A stretch of 53,597 nt of DNA, counting the filler, from Sphacelaria rigidula (lineage: Eukaryota): assembly GCA_964200075.2 (NCBI GenBank). It is 5 parts of 5 records of this genome, joined end to end, with 100 filler letters (N's around TTAATTAATTAA, not from the genome) between each part and the next. Parts side by side here need not be neighbours in the genome. Positions count along the whole stretch, not along the records: positions 21,482 to 32,120 come from CAXNAA020006162.1; positions 32,221 to 42,859 come from CAXNAA020006163.1; 3 more parts are not named here. One strand, given 5' to 3'. Below the pieces are notes generated by a model. That model saw only the letters and a list, made by a program, of their open reading frames with translations. It was not told where the DNA came from and did not search any database. Each line of letters starts with the position of its first letter. Position 1 is the first letter of the stretch. Positions 22,267 to 34,010 of the stretch are shown in pieces. A program made the translations under genes and the position numbers.

Positions 22267-24602
22267 NNNNNNNNNNGTGAGCTGCATTTACTTGAGATTG
22301 CTCGGCCCGAGGCCTACTGATTATCTTGCATTTGGATGACAGCCTACAATGAGGGTTGTTGAGCTAAAGCTCGGAGCGCTTTTATAAAGCGAAATGGCAG
22401 TCATGTATCATTGAATAGGCGTAGAATGAGGACGTCTGAGTGTGTATTAGATGTGTACAAAACGAATCGTTTTTGCACGAGACTCGGGTCTGACGTGTGG
22501 CAGCAGGATGTGGGGCCATTTTTTATGGCACCGAATCTTGGTTTTTTTAGACCCTGATTTATGCCAAAGTGGGAGGGGGCGTGTTATGGTACAGGCAGTA
22601 TCACAGATTTGTGAAACAGTTCTGTACATTTATTTTCTGCATGAGTGTGGCATTGCGTACTCGTGCATGAAGCTGAAGGCCAGGCAGGCGGTGAACAATC
22701 CTTCGAATATAGTGTCGTACCTTGGCCCCCTAGGGCAATACAGTGCAGGACACTCCATCGTTACAGGATAATGTGTGCTAGTACATGATGGCACAGTCGG
22801 TATTGCGAGAGCGGTAAACAATCAGTGCGAGAGAAGACTTCAGTAGTGCAGTGCCATACATCAACCTGCAAGTACAGCGACAACAGACTAGGAGAGTACA
22901 GCACCGTTCATTACAGTGTTGCATATGGCAGCGTAGTGCAGCATAAAATATTACCTGGCCCCAGGGTACCGCGTCAAAATTTATTATCCGCTTTTTGAAC
23001 CCCGTGCGAAGTTGGCTCAGCAGCTGGCGCGGGTAGGCACGCCCTGCGCTGTCACGGGTCTACCTTCTGCTGTGGTTGAAAAAATATCAAACGCCTCGTA
23101 CCCTACCATTGTACGTCAATGCACGTAGGTCACCTCGAAAACATCGGGGGGAGTCACGATCTCGGAACAGTTTCCCCAAATGTTTCGGAAAATCGGGGGA
23201 ATTTTTCTGAGATCGTAACACCCTGTTTTTTTTTCTTCCTCCATTTGGTCGAAATCGGGGTCCACAAAATGTGTCCACCGATTTTTTTCCACCCAATGCT
23301 CGAAACAATGGAGATTTGTGACTGCCATAAAAGATGGTCTGATATACGATTATATTTTCACGTCTGCCACAAATGAGATGCAGTACACGACATTGTTCAT
23401 ACCCGGCGTGTGATGAATTTTTGGAGCCCGGGAAAACTTCATCCGGGAGTATTATTTAGTGGGTGGTATTCAACGAACCCCGATAGTTATCGCAAACATT
23501 TGCATGGTGCCAAAAAGTGACGAAAATCTATCAAGCATGCTCGGGAAGTGATGTTGAGCGTATGGCAGTTGGTTGCATTATATGCAAAGGTTGCACCCTG
23601 TTACAAACTGTACATTACTTACCGCTGTGATCGTTGCCAGTGGGCTGTGCCGACGAGCTCCGCCATGTTGCTCGGTTTCTCTGTCGTGTTCACCTAGCTA
23701 CGGTTGTCGCCAATGCAATAGTACGTTATGCAAGTATGGACGGCGTTCAGCGTAGGTGCTACGATCTGTTTCTCCTCGGTTGACTGTACTGATTATTGTA
23801 CATAACAAGTGGCATCTTTGCTCTTTAAACACGGCGCCCTGCATTTGGTTGAAGTAGTACGTTATCGGCGAGTTTGGGCGGAGTAGTAGCATTGGTGGGT
23901 TTGAAGCCTGACAGTGCTGAGATGGTTTCTCTGGTTGCCGTTGTCGAAAGCTTGAGGACGTGACTCGACGATAATTGGACGCGAGTCTACGAACTGCACG
24001 GGTGTTGATCTAATACTCGATAATGACGTAATTGTAAGGCAGGTACCAGAGGAGAGATGATATAATGAGACGCGAGAAGAAAAATACTAGTACATCGGGG
24101 CTACGTTTACTACCCCAATGCAGCGCGGTGCACAGTACTGTTTTTTTCGAAGCGTATGATGAACCGTCTCCTCTCTCTTTTGTGCGTCGTTTTTCCTGTG
24201 TTCGTCCCCGGTCGCGTGCTCCCCGACAGCCGGTGCTCATGCGCGACAAGCACGCCGCTTATCTCACACGCGGACTAGCGGGCTTGGGCTCTGGGTAGGT
24301 GAAACTCGAGTCTCGCTCCCTCCTGCGCGGGAGCAGTAGTCATTACTTTTTCGTATTTTTGGCCGTCTCTTTCCCGGCGCTCCCTCCCTTTCCTCAAGAG
24401 GAGTCTGTAGGCTGAAGGGATGAGGGATCAGGCCATCTCGTCCTGAGGGCTTGCCTTGGGCTTTGTTACTGTCGAGAATTGAATCTGCACTCCGGAACCC
24501 GTCGACTGCCATCCAGTCATATTGCAAGCTCTCGTTTTCTCGTTATCGGACGATGAGACTGGGGATGGAAGAAAACTCAATACGGTATGTAATGGCCGGT
24601 CG

Positions 24603-25085
24603 CACCGGTGGCTCAGTTGGTAACCTGGAATCCTTCTGACGGCTGGGTTGTGGGTTCGAATCCCGGTGAATTTCTCACATCATGCATCCCAACAGTGGAG
24701 GCCGACTACGTCGTTGGTGCAAAACATTTGACTCCACGTTCGACGAGGGAAGGCGGCTGCTGAACCACTCTCGCAATTTATGGTGAGGCATCCATGAGGC
24801 CGTGTGTAAGCCACGGCTGTCTCTGTAAAAGACGATACTAGAAAATAGAGAGACTCGTCGGAGGCTGTCATTCATATGCAAGATAATTAGTACGCTTCGG
24901 ACCGAACTATCTCAGCAGGATGCAGCTCACCCTTCAGGCGACTCGCCGAACACATCACGACGCTTCGCGCTTAGTGGTTGATTGCGCGCCTAGTCCGCCG
25001 AAAACCCGGCGTGCTCCGTCCCAGTTTTGTAGGGATGCGAGGTCAATGGACATGGGGATGGCACGCAAGATCATGAATTCACCCC
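24603..25085 (+). mobile_element. Apparently full-length tRNA-derived SINE (~480 bp) with a C-tail
   Basis: Pol III A box TGGCTCAGTTGG (24609-24620) and B box GGTTCGAATCC (24653-24663). The body 24780-25085 aligns with 28345-28616. The 3' end is the dispersed GTGCTCCGTC...CCCC module. Confidence 0.75.
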
Positions 25086-28000
25086 TTTCGCGATGAAAAG
25101 TAGGGCACGCATCGCAGAAGGAAGGTCGAGTACTAAAAACAAATGAGGCAAGCACCGCAAAAGGAAGGTGGAATACTCGAAACAAAATCAAAACCCTGTG
25201 TTGGCCTTCCTTCTGTGTGACCCCGGCTGATGCGCCCACATATACCAAAAGGTGTAGACTGACGTCCAGAATAGATGGACATCCTCACTATTGGAATTCA
25301 AACCCACGAAACTCACACACCCTGGCTTCATAATACCACCAATGGCCGCCAAAGTTGCGTTGCTACTAGCGTACTATTGGATGTATGTGACGAAACGATA
25401 CTCAGGATGTTGCTAGCAATAGTGCACGAGCGAGGCGTTGGCTTTTGTGGCACGCATTTGCATTCGGTTTATTCCGTCTCATGAGTGAACAACCAGGAAA
25501 ACTACCACGCTGGGATTCGGTGTCACCCTATTCGGGTCAATGTTCGTGCAAGTGTGCGGCACTCACTATCTTGTGCACTGGTGACACGGTGACAATGCTG
25601 GTGTTGCCTGGCAGAGCATGCGGACTTGAGTGGACATAAATCCCGTGTTTCTAATCGCTCAACTCTGAACAAATGACCATGAATTCACATGCGCATAGAG
25701 GGCAGATCTGTAGATTTGTAGGGGTGATGTTGCGCAGTTTGCAGCTCTGATTTCAGAGCGAATGTTTGACTCGCGCAGAGCTTTTGCTCTTGGCTAACTC
25801 TTGTGGCAGACACGGCAATCTTGTTCTGTAGCATCACACCATAACATTGTACTGATAGAGGTCGACCGACCATGTTTGCTGGGAAAAGCTCTGGTTGCTT
25901 GTAGCATATATATCCGCAGCACCTACTCCCGCTAGTGGCGGATCATGAGATTTCGCGAGAAAACCGTAGCTTTGAGAGAACTAGACGGAGCTTCACTTTC
26001 CTGTGAATGTAAGGAGCGCGCGACCGGCCGCTTGGGATGCGTGTCTGTAGTGCATCCTGTGGTTTTGCGTGTTTGGCTGTATCTGAAATGTGCACATGAA
26101 AAAGCAGAAGCGTTTTCTGCAACGCGTCGTGTATTTCCACGGTTAACAAATACATGGTTTCAATTTTCGCCATCGCCTTTGGTGCCTTCGGGGACCGAGA
26201 GTTCGATGCCTTTGGGGACCCCGAATCCCCTGTGCTCGTCAGCGTACGCAAGGTGCGTGTTTTGGTCCGAGCCCTGCCAACGCACACTCTATCTAGGGCG
26301 CCCTCTGTACCCGCGGAGACTCGGATTGGAAGAAGCTTACTTCGAACAGTTGTATGGACATGAAATATTCGCGTATGCATGGAGACTCCACGTACGCGTA
26401 AAAACTTCGCATGCGCATGGCCCTCGGGAAAACTCAAGGTAGAATCGTTCCTCCATCCCCGCGCGATTAGCAGTTGGTGATTGGTGTCCGCTCGGGCGGT
26501 CTAGTATGCCTTGGTTCACCCTGAAAACCTGCTGTGTCCCTTCCCGTGCGTCATAATCTCAATAGCTACCTGATGATTGTCGCCTGCGTGGGTGGTGAAG
26601 TATGCCCTAGTGCACTCCCCAGAGAAAAACTGTGTACTTTACTCTCTACGTTTCAGCCGCTATGCTTGTCACAAGCCTGTATTTATACGTCGGTCTGTTG
26701 TGTGGCTTGGTGAAGTTGCTTGACATTTTCTGAGGAAAGAGCTTCGAACGGATCATCTCGTGGTATCATCTCATGAGTACTGCTGTTGATTTCTGGCTCC
26801 TCCTCAGTTGATACCCGTAAGTTTCCTGCTCCTGTGTCTGATACTGACAATTTTTTGTCGCCTATTCTGAGTCTACGCCAGCCAGACACGACTCAAATGC
26901 TCGGAGTCAATTGCAGCTTGGTGCTACGACTGTGGGGGTGTTCTGTCACTATAATTGAGCCCACACTTCACAGCAATCGGCGTACTGGTTGCTCTGCACC
27001 GCAGTCATGTAGTATCCCCGACTGTTTTCACGACCCGCTGACAGTGTGGCGCTTTCACAAGTAGGGTTTTGAGGATTCGTCAAATATTCATGAAGGATGT
27101 ACTTGAAAACCCAAACCTCAAGCAGCCGGCTCATAGCAGCATTCAAGTATAGAAAATAAGATCTCGACGGAGAACAGGGACAAGCGCAACGTCTCTGTAC
27201 TGCAAAACATTTATTGGGGACATATCGTGAATATCGAGGTCAACATTCGTGGCGTCTCCACTAGCACTATGCCACCACATCACTGTCTTCGGAGGCTGCA
27301 AATCGGAGCAGGGCAAATGAAGTCTGCTTGTTGAAGAGCCTCGCGTGTGGAAATTTAGCTTTTGCAAGGCTCGTCTCGGGGAACTGAGAACGAACGGGAT
27401 CCCTTCTTGATTTCTTCGGTTCTAGTTCACCAGCATATATCGCCTCTGTTGTCGTATAACGTAGAACGCTCAAGCCATTTGCTCTTAATGTTGTGTGTTG
27501 GCACTAGTTTAGCGAAGTCGCGTCGATTCTGTTGCCGTTGACGCACACGGCGCCCTGCCCTTCATCTGGACCTTGTCTGGATGTCTTTCGTGTTGTTTCC
27601 TTCTTGTGTGTACGTGATACTGGAGCATAACCATTACAATACTCGTACAACATATAAAAGATCTTCCACAACACAGATGCGGCGGATATCCATTGTTTGT
27701 TTCAGCGACAGAATTAGGGGAGTAAGGCGATATCGCGGTCAAACCGTTTTTCTTCAGGATCAACAGTGACTTGAATTTTACTTTCAGGTGCTGCATTTGT
27801 AGTGCCCAAACGTAAACAAGATAATACTGTCGATACGTACTGGTTTAACTAGGTCGGGCGTTCATGGGACAAAATCAAGGAGCGATCAGAGGAGGTGATA
27901 TATGCGGGGGAGGGGGTGGGGGACTGCTTGGCACGGAAGGATTCATGAGTGTCTTTGTACGACCTCACACACTCGTTATGCGCCTTGCATATCGCTGGAA

Positions 28001-28253
28001 GCTTTGCTGGGCGTTGTGGATGCGCGTGCTGTGTTGATACCAGGAGCATTCGGGTGATATTTGCTACGTCCAGCTACACCTCAACGTGGTAGCTTTGTGC
28101 AACAAATAGCTCGGCGTCGGTTGAGGTTTACAGCGTTGTTGTCAACCGACGCCGACCCTTTAAAGGGGAAGCCACTTACTGCTTAAGCTAGGCAACCAAG
28201 TTACCGTTTTTTTTTTCTTCTCTCGGTTGCGGTTTTTTTGTGTTCACCATGAT

Positions 28254-28616
28254 GACGTGATGGCGGTTAAGTTAGACCATGTTATGCAGGGTGGAAAGAC
28301 CGAACCCCGCGCCGAGGGGATGGTCGTAATACGTCGGTGTTTGAATGATGAGACACCCATGAGGCAGTGTAAGTCGCGACTGTCTCTGAGAGTGACGATG
28401 CCCGAAAATAAAGCAACTCATTCGAGGTATGTCATTCATGTGCAGGGTTATGGGGACGCGGGCTGAAAACCCTAGCCGGATGCAGCTCACCTTTCATGCG
28501 ACTCGCTTAACATATGATGGCGCTTCGCGTTTCGTGCCCAGATTTTTAGGGACGCGAGGTCAATGGCCTTACTGTAACGACAGCATGCGAGATCATGACT
28601 GCCTCCCCCCCCCCCC
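28254..28616 (+). mobile_element. Second long, diverged SINE copy with internal deletions and a C12 tail
   Basis: Shares CCATGAGGC..TGTAAG..CTGTCTCTG, TGTCATTCAT, GGATGCAGCTCACC and GCGAGGTCAATGG with 24780-25085. The 5' limit is approximate (A-box-like TGGCGGTTAAGTTAG). Confidence 0.7.
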
Positions 28617-31600
28617 ATACCCTTAGCTGCAAGATCACTCTCGAATTGCTACAGGTTGGATTGTAACAAGCGGGTGGTTGGATGATATACTGAGCACCGC
28701 AGGCGTGTAAAACATTAGTTCGCTCACTGGATGGGGTGTCTCGGTCAGTGGCGCAAAACAGATGATGCCGACTTTTCCCCCATCTTCTTTTCGTCCTCTA
28801 TCAAATTGGTGTTGGCAAATACTGATGATCCGGGGCTCCGAAGGGTAGATATGTAAACTGATTTTTGTTTGATTCTTCCACAGTTGAGGAAGGTAAGCTG
28901 TTCTTACTCTCAGACAGATTTTTTTCACGGCCTTTCTTGGGAGACATTTCGTCCGACTTGAGCGATTCTCAAAACCCTTCAGCCTTGTTGGAGAACAAAA
29001 ATCCGTTGTGGATGGCCACACACAAATGCACCTCACGAGAAGTTACTGCCGCCTTCGCTATGGAAGACTAAATCCCCATGATGAGGGATGAAAAAGCAAA
29101 AAAAGTTGGCGATAGGAATGTGCCCAAAAATTTCTCACACAACTCGATTCCTTCATACTTGCCGGAGCGACCTAATAATGCCTCGTCCGGTGTATTACAC
29201 GACGCGATGGATACAGTGCCTCAATTCACTCGCCACCGTTTGACAGCGGTGTGCCATGTACTGTTTCAAGCACTCCGTCCGCCTTTCACGCGAAAAACAA
29301 TTGGTTTTACTGTTTTTACACCAGATTTGTCCGATTGCGGAGAGTAGTAGGTGCAGATGTGGCTGAGTTAGGGTACAGACAAGGCTCGGTAGTTCAGGTC
29401 CCCTGAAATGTTCACCTTCGTGGATTCATTTGATATCCCCCGGGCACCCTTATACGGTCTGTATGCGTCAACCGAGTGTACCGTGGGGTACCTTGTACTG
29501 AATATACTCTAAAAACCTTGGGTTTCGTGGGGTACGGTACCCGACCGCAATCACCCTCGGGAAACGGCGAGTCTACGAATCGGAACCTCAACCTCACCAG
29601 TAAATGGAAATGGAATCCATTTTGAATACGGCGTAAGTCTACGGGGCCCGCGTTCCCTAGGTGGTACCCGAAAGTATACACGCTTCAGTTATTAATACAA
29701 AGTGCGCTGCAAGTCGACGAGCTTCGGCTTCGGGCGTGCTGATTTAAATCTCGGTAGTTGTTATCCATTTTATCGCTTGTACAGTACATGTACCGGGCAG
29801 GAAATGGGTTTGTGACTAAGGGCTCGCCCCGAGGAGGGAGAGGAACTGGAGGTATGACGGATGTAGAAACCCGGAAGTATGTGTGACTTGGCCCCGGCAC
29901 ATCTGGGCGCCCCTTGACGTGCTTCTTGCAGATGGCCATATCTCGATAAACGCTCCCACGTATATATGCTCCTGGTGGATGAACGCGACAAGTTCATGAA
30001 CACAACACAAGCGTAGAGTGGCTGACATGAGGGTGCGATTCCAGCAGTTGCCTCGCATTTCTTGTCAACGAGTAACTTGACCCTCTTGAAAGCCGCGATA
30101 AACAGTACAAACTCCCATATGCGAACTTTCGTCACCAGTAGAACGTCACTTCGAGTTCGGCGCACGAATCTGTCACATTTGTTTTACTTGAACTTATAGA
30201 GGGTTGCACCGTTTTGGTGGGCTGCAGCATCAACAGTTCCAGAAAAAAAAAAAAACATATCTCGCCCAAGAAAACGTCGATTGTAAATCTTCATTTTTTC
30301 ATCAACAATTCCAAAAGGATTGAGTGTATTACGAAAGCGTTTCCAGTCCAGGAATATATAGTTTACACCCAGGGTACGGGTAGGGCACGAACAATCCATG
30401 GTCGACGTACAAATTACCCGACTGGGGTAGAATTTGCGACCTTTCCCTGAAACGCCGGGAGGATGGCATGGGAGAGGGAAGATGGGAAAGTTAGTTGATT
30501 GCTGCAGAAAATAGCTGCAATATTTATGCTCGAAGATTTTTTTCTCTCGCTTCAGCGTGGCGCCAGAGTTGGTCGGGTACTCGTTTGGTCTACTTTGCTG
30601 TATAACCCGTTTAAAATGCCCCGCCGGTCGTGTGTGCGTGTGTGTGTGCGTGCGTGAGCACGCGCGCGTGTATTGTCGACCCTATAATAGTTGTGCCATC
30701 CAGAGACTTGTGCTTTGCCTTGGTGCTAGTCGCTCCATGGAATGGTGCACTATCGTGTTGACTACGGCTTCCCTAGTGTTTTTTCCAGTCTTTCGTTTAC
30801 ATCGATTCGTGCACACCACCCCTCGCTCCCGTAGATATATACCCCCGTGCCCTCCCTCGGGTGTCATGTTGTTCGGGCCACACGAAATTACCACCGGGCG
30901 AGGTGTGTACACACCGTATCCGACGTCACTGTCCCCTATTTGAAAGGTATATGTCGTTGTGTGCACTTATGCACGTGTACGTTTCCTGTAATAGCATTTA
31001 CTCATTTGGAAGATCCTTGGTTCCTGGGTGGTGGTATACGCCGTATACATCGTATCCTGCGGTGTTGCCCGCCCCCAAACATTTGCTATTCTCCCGGCCC
31101 ACGCCATGATTTTTACGAAGCATAAAAAACGTTCATCACTCCCTTTGTTGAAGGTCCTTGGTCGCGAGAGTAGTGTACACCTTACCGTGCGGTACCGCTC
31201 TCCGGCCCTCCTGCCGCCGCGCATCCACTTGTAGGTTCATATCTTTGGACGCTGGGCGACCGTGGTTAGTGTACTGGATCCTGCACTCTCTAGATCTTCT
31301 CGATCGATTCCCTTCGACAGGAGACATACCGAAGAGAGCCGTTCGCACCCTGTCCGCTTGCCAGGTGCGTTTGCATGAGTGCGACAGTAGGCGTTCTCGT
31401 GTGTGATGATTTCTCGTTTGTCTCTGCTGCCTTTTTTTTGGAGGGGGGGGGGGAGGAGCTAGGCGGGAGAGAGTGAGATGAGACATTTTTGGACAGTGCG
31501 TTGATCGACACGCACGCTCGTTTAGACTTTTCTGTACATGCATCGACACGCACGCTCGAACACACGCGGAGTCTCCTCCCCCGTAGGCTCTTCGCTTTCC

Positions 31601-32044
31601 CACCCTTACTTACGTTGATTCTGGTACGGACGCTTGCGTTTCAGGATTTTATGCGCCTGCGGGGTAGAACGTTGATACGCAAGGATATTTATCGATATAT
31701 CCTATGATGAGCCATTTGGCTACCAGACGTAGTCAGACCTCTAGAACTGAGCAAAAATGTACTCTGCTTTGGAGGAATCGGTACGAGTTGACCGCGGGTC
31801 AGAAATGTCGAACTGATATGAGTGAGAAAAAAGTAAGGCGGGTTGAGGCTTGGAGTTGCCTCGAGACCGCGCGACATCCCGTAAGGGTGCTGTAGGAGAT
31901 GGCCAGTTCTCTTGACCGGGTGTCGATGTACGTTGGATCAGTCCCGCGGGTAATGTAGCTACTTTCAGTGGCATTCAGGTGGGTTTGATGGTGTTTTTCG
32001 GCTTTTTGTAAAGTGTTTCTATTTGACCGGAAAATAGGGGTTAT

Positions 32045-32118
32045 GGGGTGGGCGTACTCATTTGTTGCTTGCCTTGGTCGTTTGACCATTGACCACGCAT
32101 CCCTTTCGAGACGGAGCA
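32045..32118 (-). mobile_element. C-tailed SINE 3' module at the contig end
   Basis: Reverse complement TGCTCCGTCTCGAAAGGGATGCGTGGTCAATGGTCAAACGACCAAGGCAAGCAACAAATGAGTACGCCCACCCC. Confidence 0.8.
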
Positions 32119-32120
32119 GC

Positions 32121-32220
32121 NNNNNNNNNNNNNNNNNNNNNNNNNNNNNNNNNNNNNNNNNNNNTTAATTAATTAANNNNNNNNNNNNNNNNNNNNNNNN
32201 NNNNNNNNNNNNNNNNNNNN
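32121..32220. other. Artificial contig spacer
   Basis: N44-TTAATTAATTAA-N44. Confidence 0.98.
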
Positions 32221-33003
32221 AAGTAATGTTCTTGATGCCGTCTGCACCAGCGGCGCAGTCCATTGCGCACTACGGTGTAATCGATAGTGCCCGCCAGATA
32301 TCTGGCCCCTTATAGAATATGTTCTCCCATGCCCTTGTCCTTTTGATATGATCTCAAGGTTTCTTCGAGGACGATGCTCCTGCATAAGGGGAATAAACAC
32401 CCCAGGTGATGACCTAGTTGAGAGTCGATTCCTTTCATGTCGAGATGAAGCATTCGCACTAGGGCAACAACCATACATGCTCCAGTCGGTACTGCACTCT
32501 AGACACGCGTAAAAAGGTGTTTTCCCAATGGCGCAGCCCATGGTATCCATAGGCCCCTACGTGCCCGACCAAAGAGCTGCCAAAAAGTGTCAAGTGGTCA
32601 CTTCTCGAGGTGGTAAGATGTGGGATACACGCTGTAAACTTCGTAAGACCCATCTTATCTAGAAGCATGGTTGATACGACGGGTCACGTATGGGTACCGT
32701 GTGTTCGGCTGCTGAGCTGCTGAGCACGATTCCGCCAGTATCTTCTGTCATTTCAGCTGTTTTTGGTCGTGCCTTGCACAGGTGCAGTTGCCCTTGCAGT
32801 CAAGAACCACTTGCTGGTGAGCACCACCTGCTCTCCCTCTCTACCGTATCACGCATCTTGCATGTGCTCCTTATTCGATGTGGTTATCGATCTTTATCGT
32901 GCAGGTTTAGTGGTGTGATATATTCCTTGTTTTCCTGCATCCCCATGCGTATCCCCGCCTTTTGTGTTTGTGCCGAAAATCACGCTTTTAGTGCTGATTT
33001 CAG

Positions 33004-34010
33004 TGCGCTGGCCCGTCACTGTTAGCAACGTCCAACGTGGCTGGAGACGTGGTGTTTGTGGGCAAGTTCTCGCCCAGGAAAGGAGAAGTGGAACGTGGGG
33101 ATGTGGTCATCGCCAACATGCCTCAAAATGCCCAGCAGATGGCCTGTAAGCGCGTTATCGCCAGGGTGGGTCCGCGTATGCTGTTGATAGTTGTGTTGCA
33201 AGGCGACTTTCGGAGCTATTCAGCGGTTGGCCACGAGGAGAATGTCGTTACAGACAGGGAAGGGGGTGTTTCGTGTGCTACACATATTGGCTGTTTTTCG
33301 AATGCGCAGAAGTCTTGGCTTGCGCCCTCGTTGAGCGGCTGCCAGAGCCTGCAATGAATTTTTAGCTCACTCATGCAGGGTCCAGCTGCTACTCAAGCCA
33401 CGATATTTTGGCGTGCGTGAGTCTTCGTGAGAGAGTGGGCGCGTATACCGTGGACGGTTGGTTAGTTTGAGAGAGGTGGGCGAGACTCCACCATGGGTCG
33501 GAGGACCAATTTCAAGTATATTCAAAGTCAACTTGGCCGAAACGTGCTGTTTGCGATCATCAAAAAAGTCATGAATTTTCCAATACAAGTAGGTGGGGCT
33601 GTACAAGGGAAAGAAGCGGCACTGGCTGCATTCTGTGTGCTCATCGTGCGCGCCATGGCGTTTACCCTGCGAAGAGAGCAGTCTCCAACGACGCAATACA
33701 GTTGGGGCTGACTCTACGGATACAGCATACTAAAGTGGTATAACTAATCATCTCCACAATGTTTGATAATGTAGTCGACCTTGCATCACCTATTGATATC
33801 TACTGAGGATGACCATTACTTTCTCATCATTCCCGCGAACAGGATGGTGAAACGATACTTGTATATTCTACATCATGCTTCGGAGGGCGTCGGGAGAGCG
33901 TGCCTCAGGGGCATGTGTGGTTAGAGGGCGATAACGCGTCCAACTCAACAGACTCTAGAACCTACGGCCCCGTGCCGTTGGCGATGGTGAAAGGGAGGGT
34001 AGTTCTCAAG
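33004..34010 (+). CDS. IMP1: Mitochondrial inner membrane peptidase subunit 1 (peptidase S26), two internal exons 33004..33165 and 33843..34010
   Basis: CAGPSLLAT...GDVV...RGDVVIA...CKRVIA | DGETI...[37 protein letters not shown]. The Ser/Lys dyad is present, boundaries are cag/gt and phase 0. First and last exons not located. Confidence 0.88.

Noticed and set aside
24603-24668. Functional tRNA gene
   Set aside because: A and B boxes are present, but the D-stem, anticodon stem and T-stem do not pair properly. The sequence runs into a repeat body shared with 28345-28616, so it is read as a SINE head.
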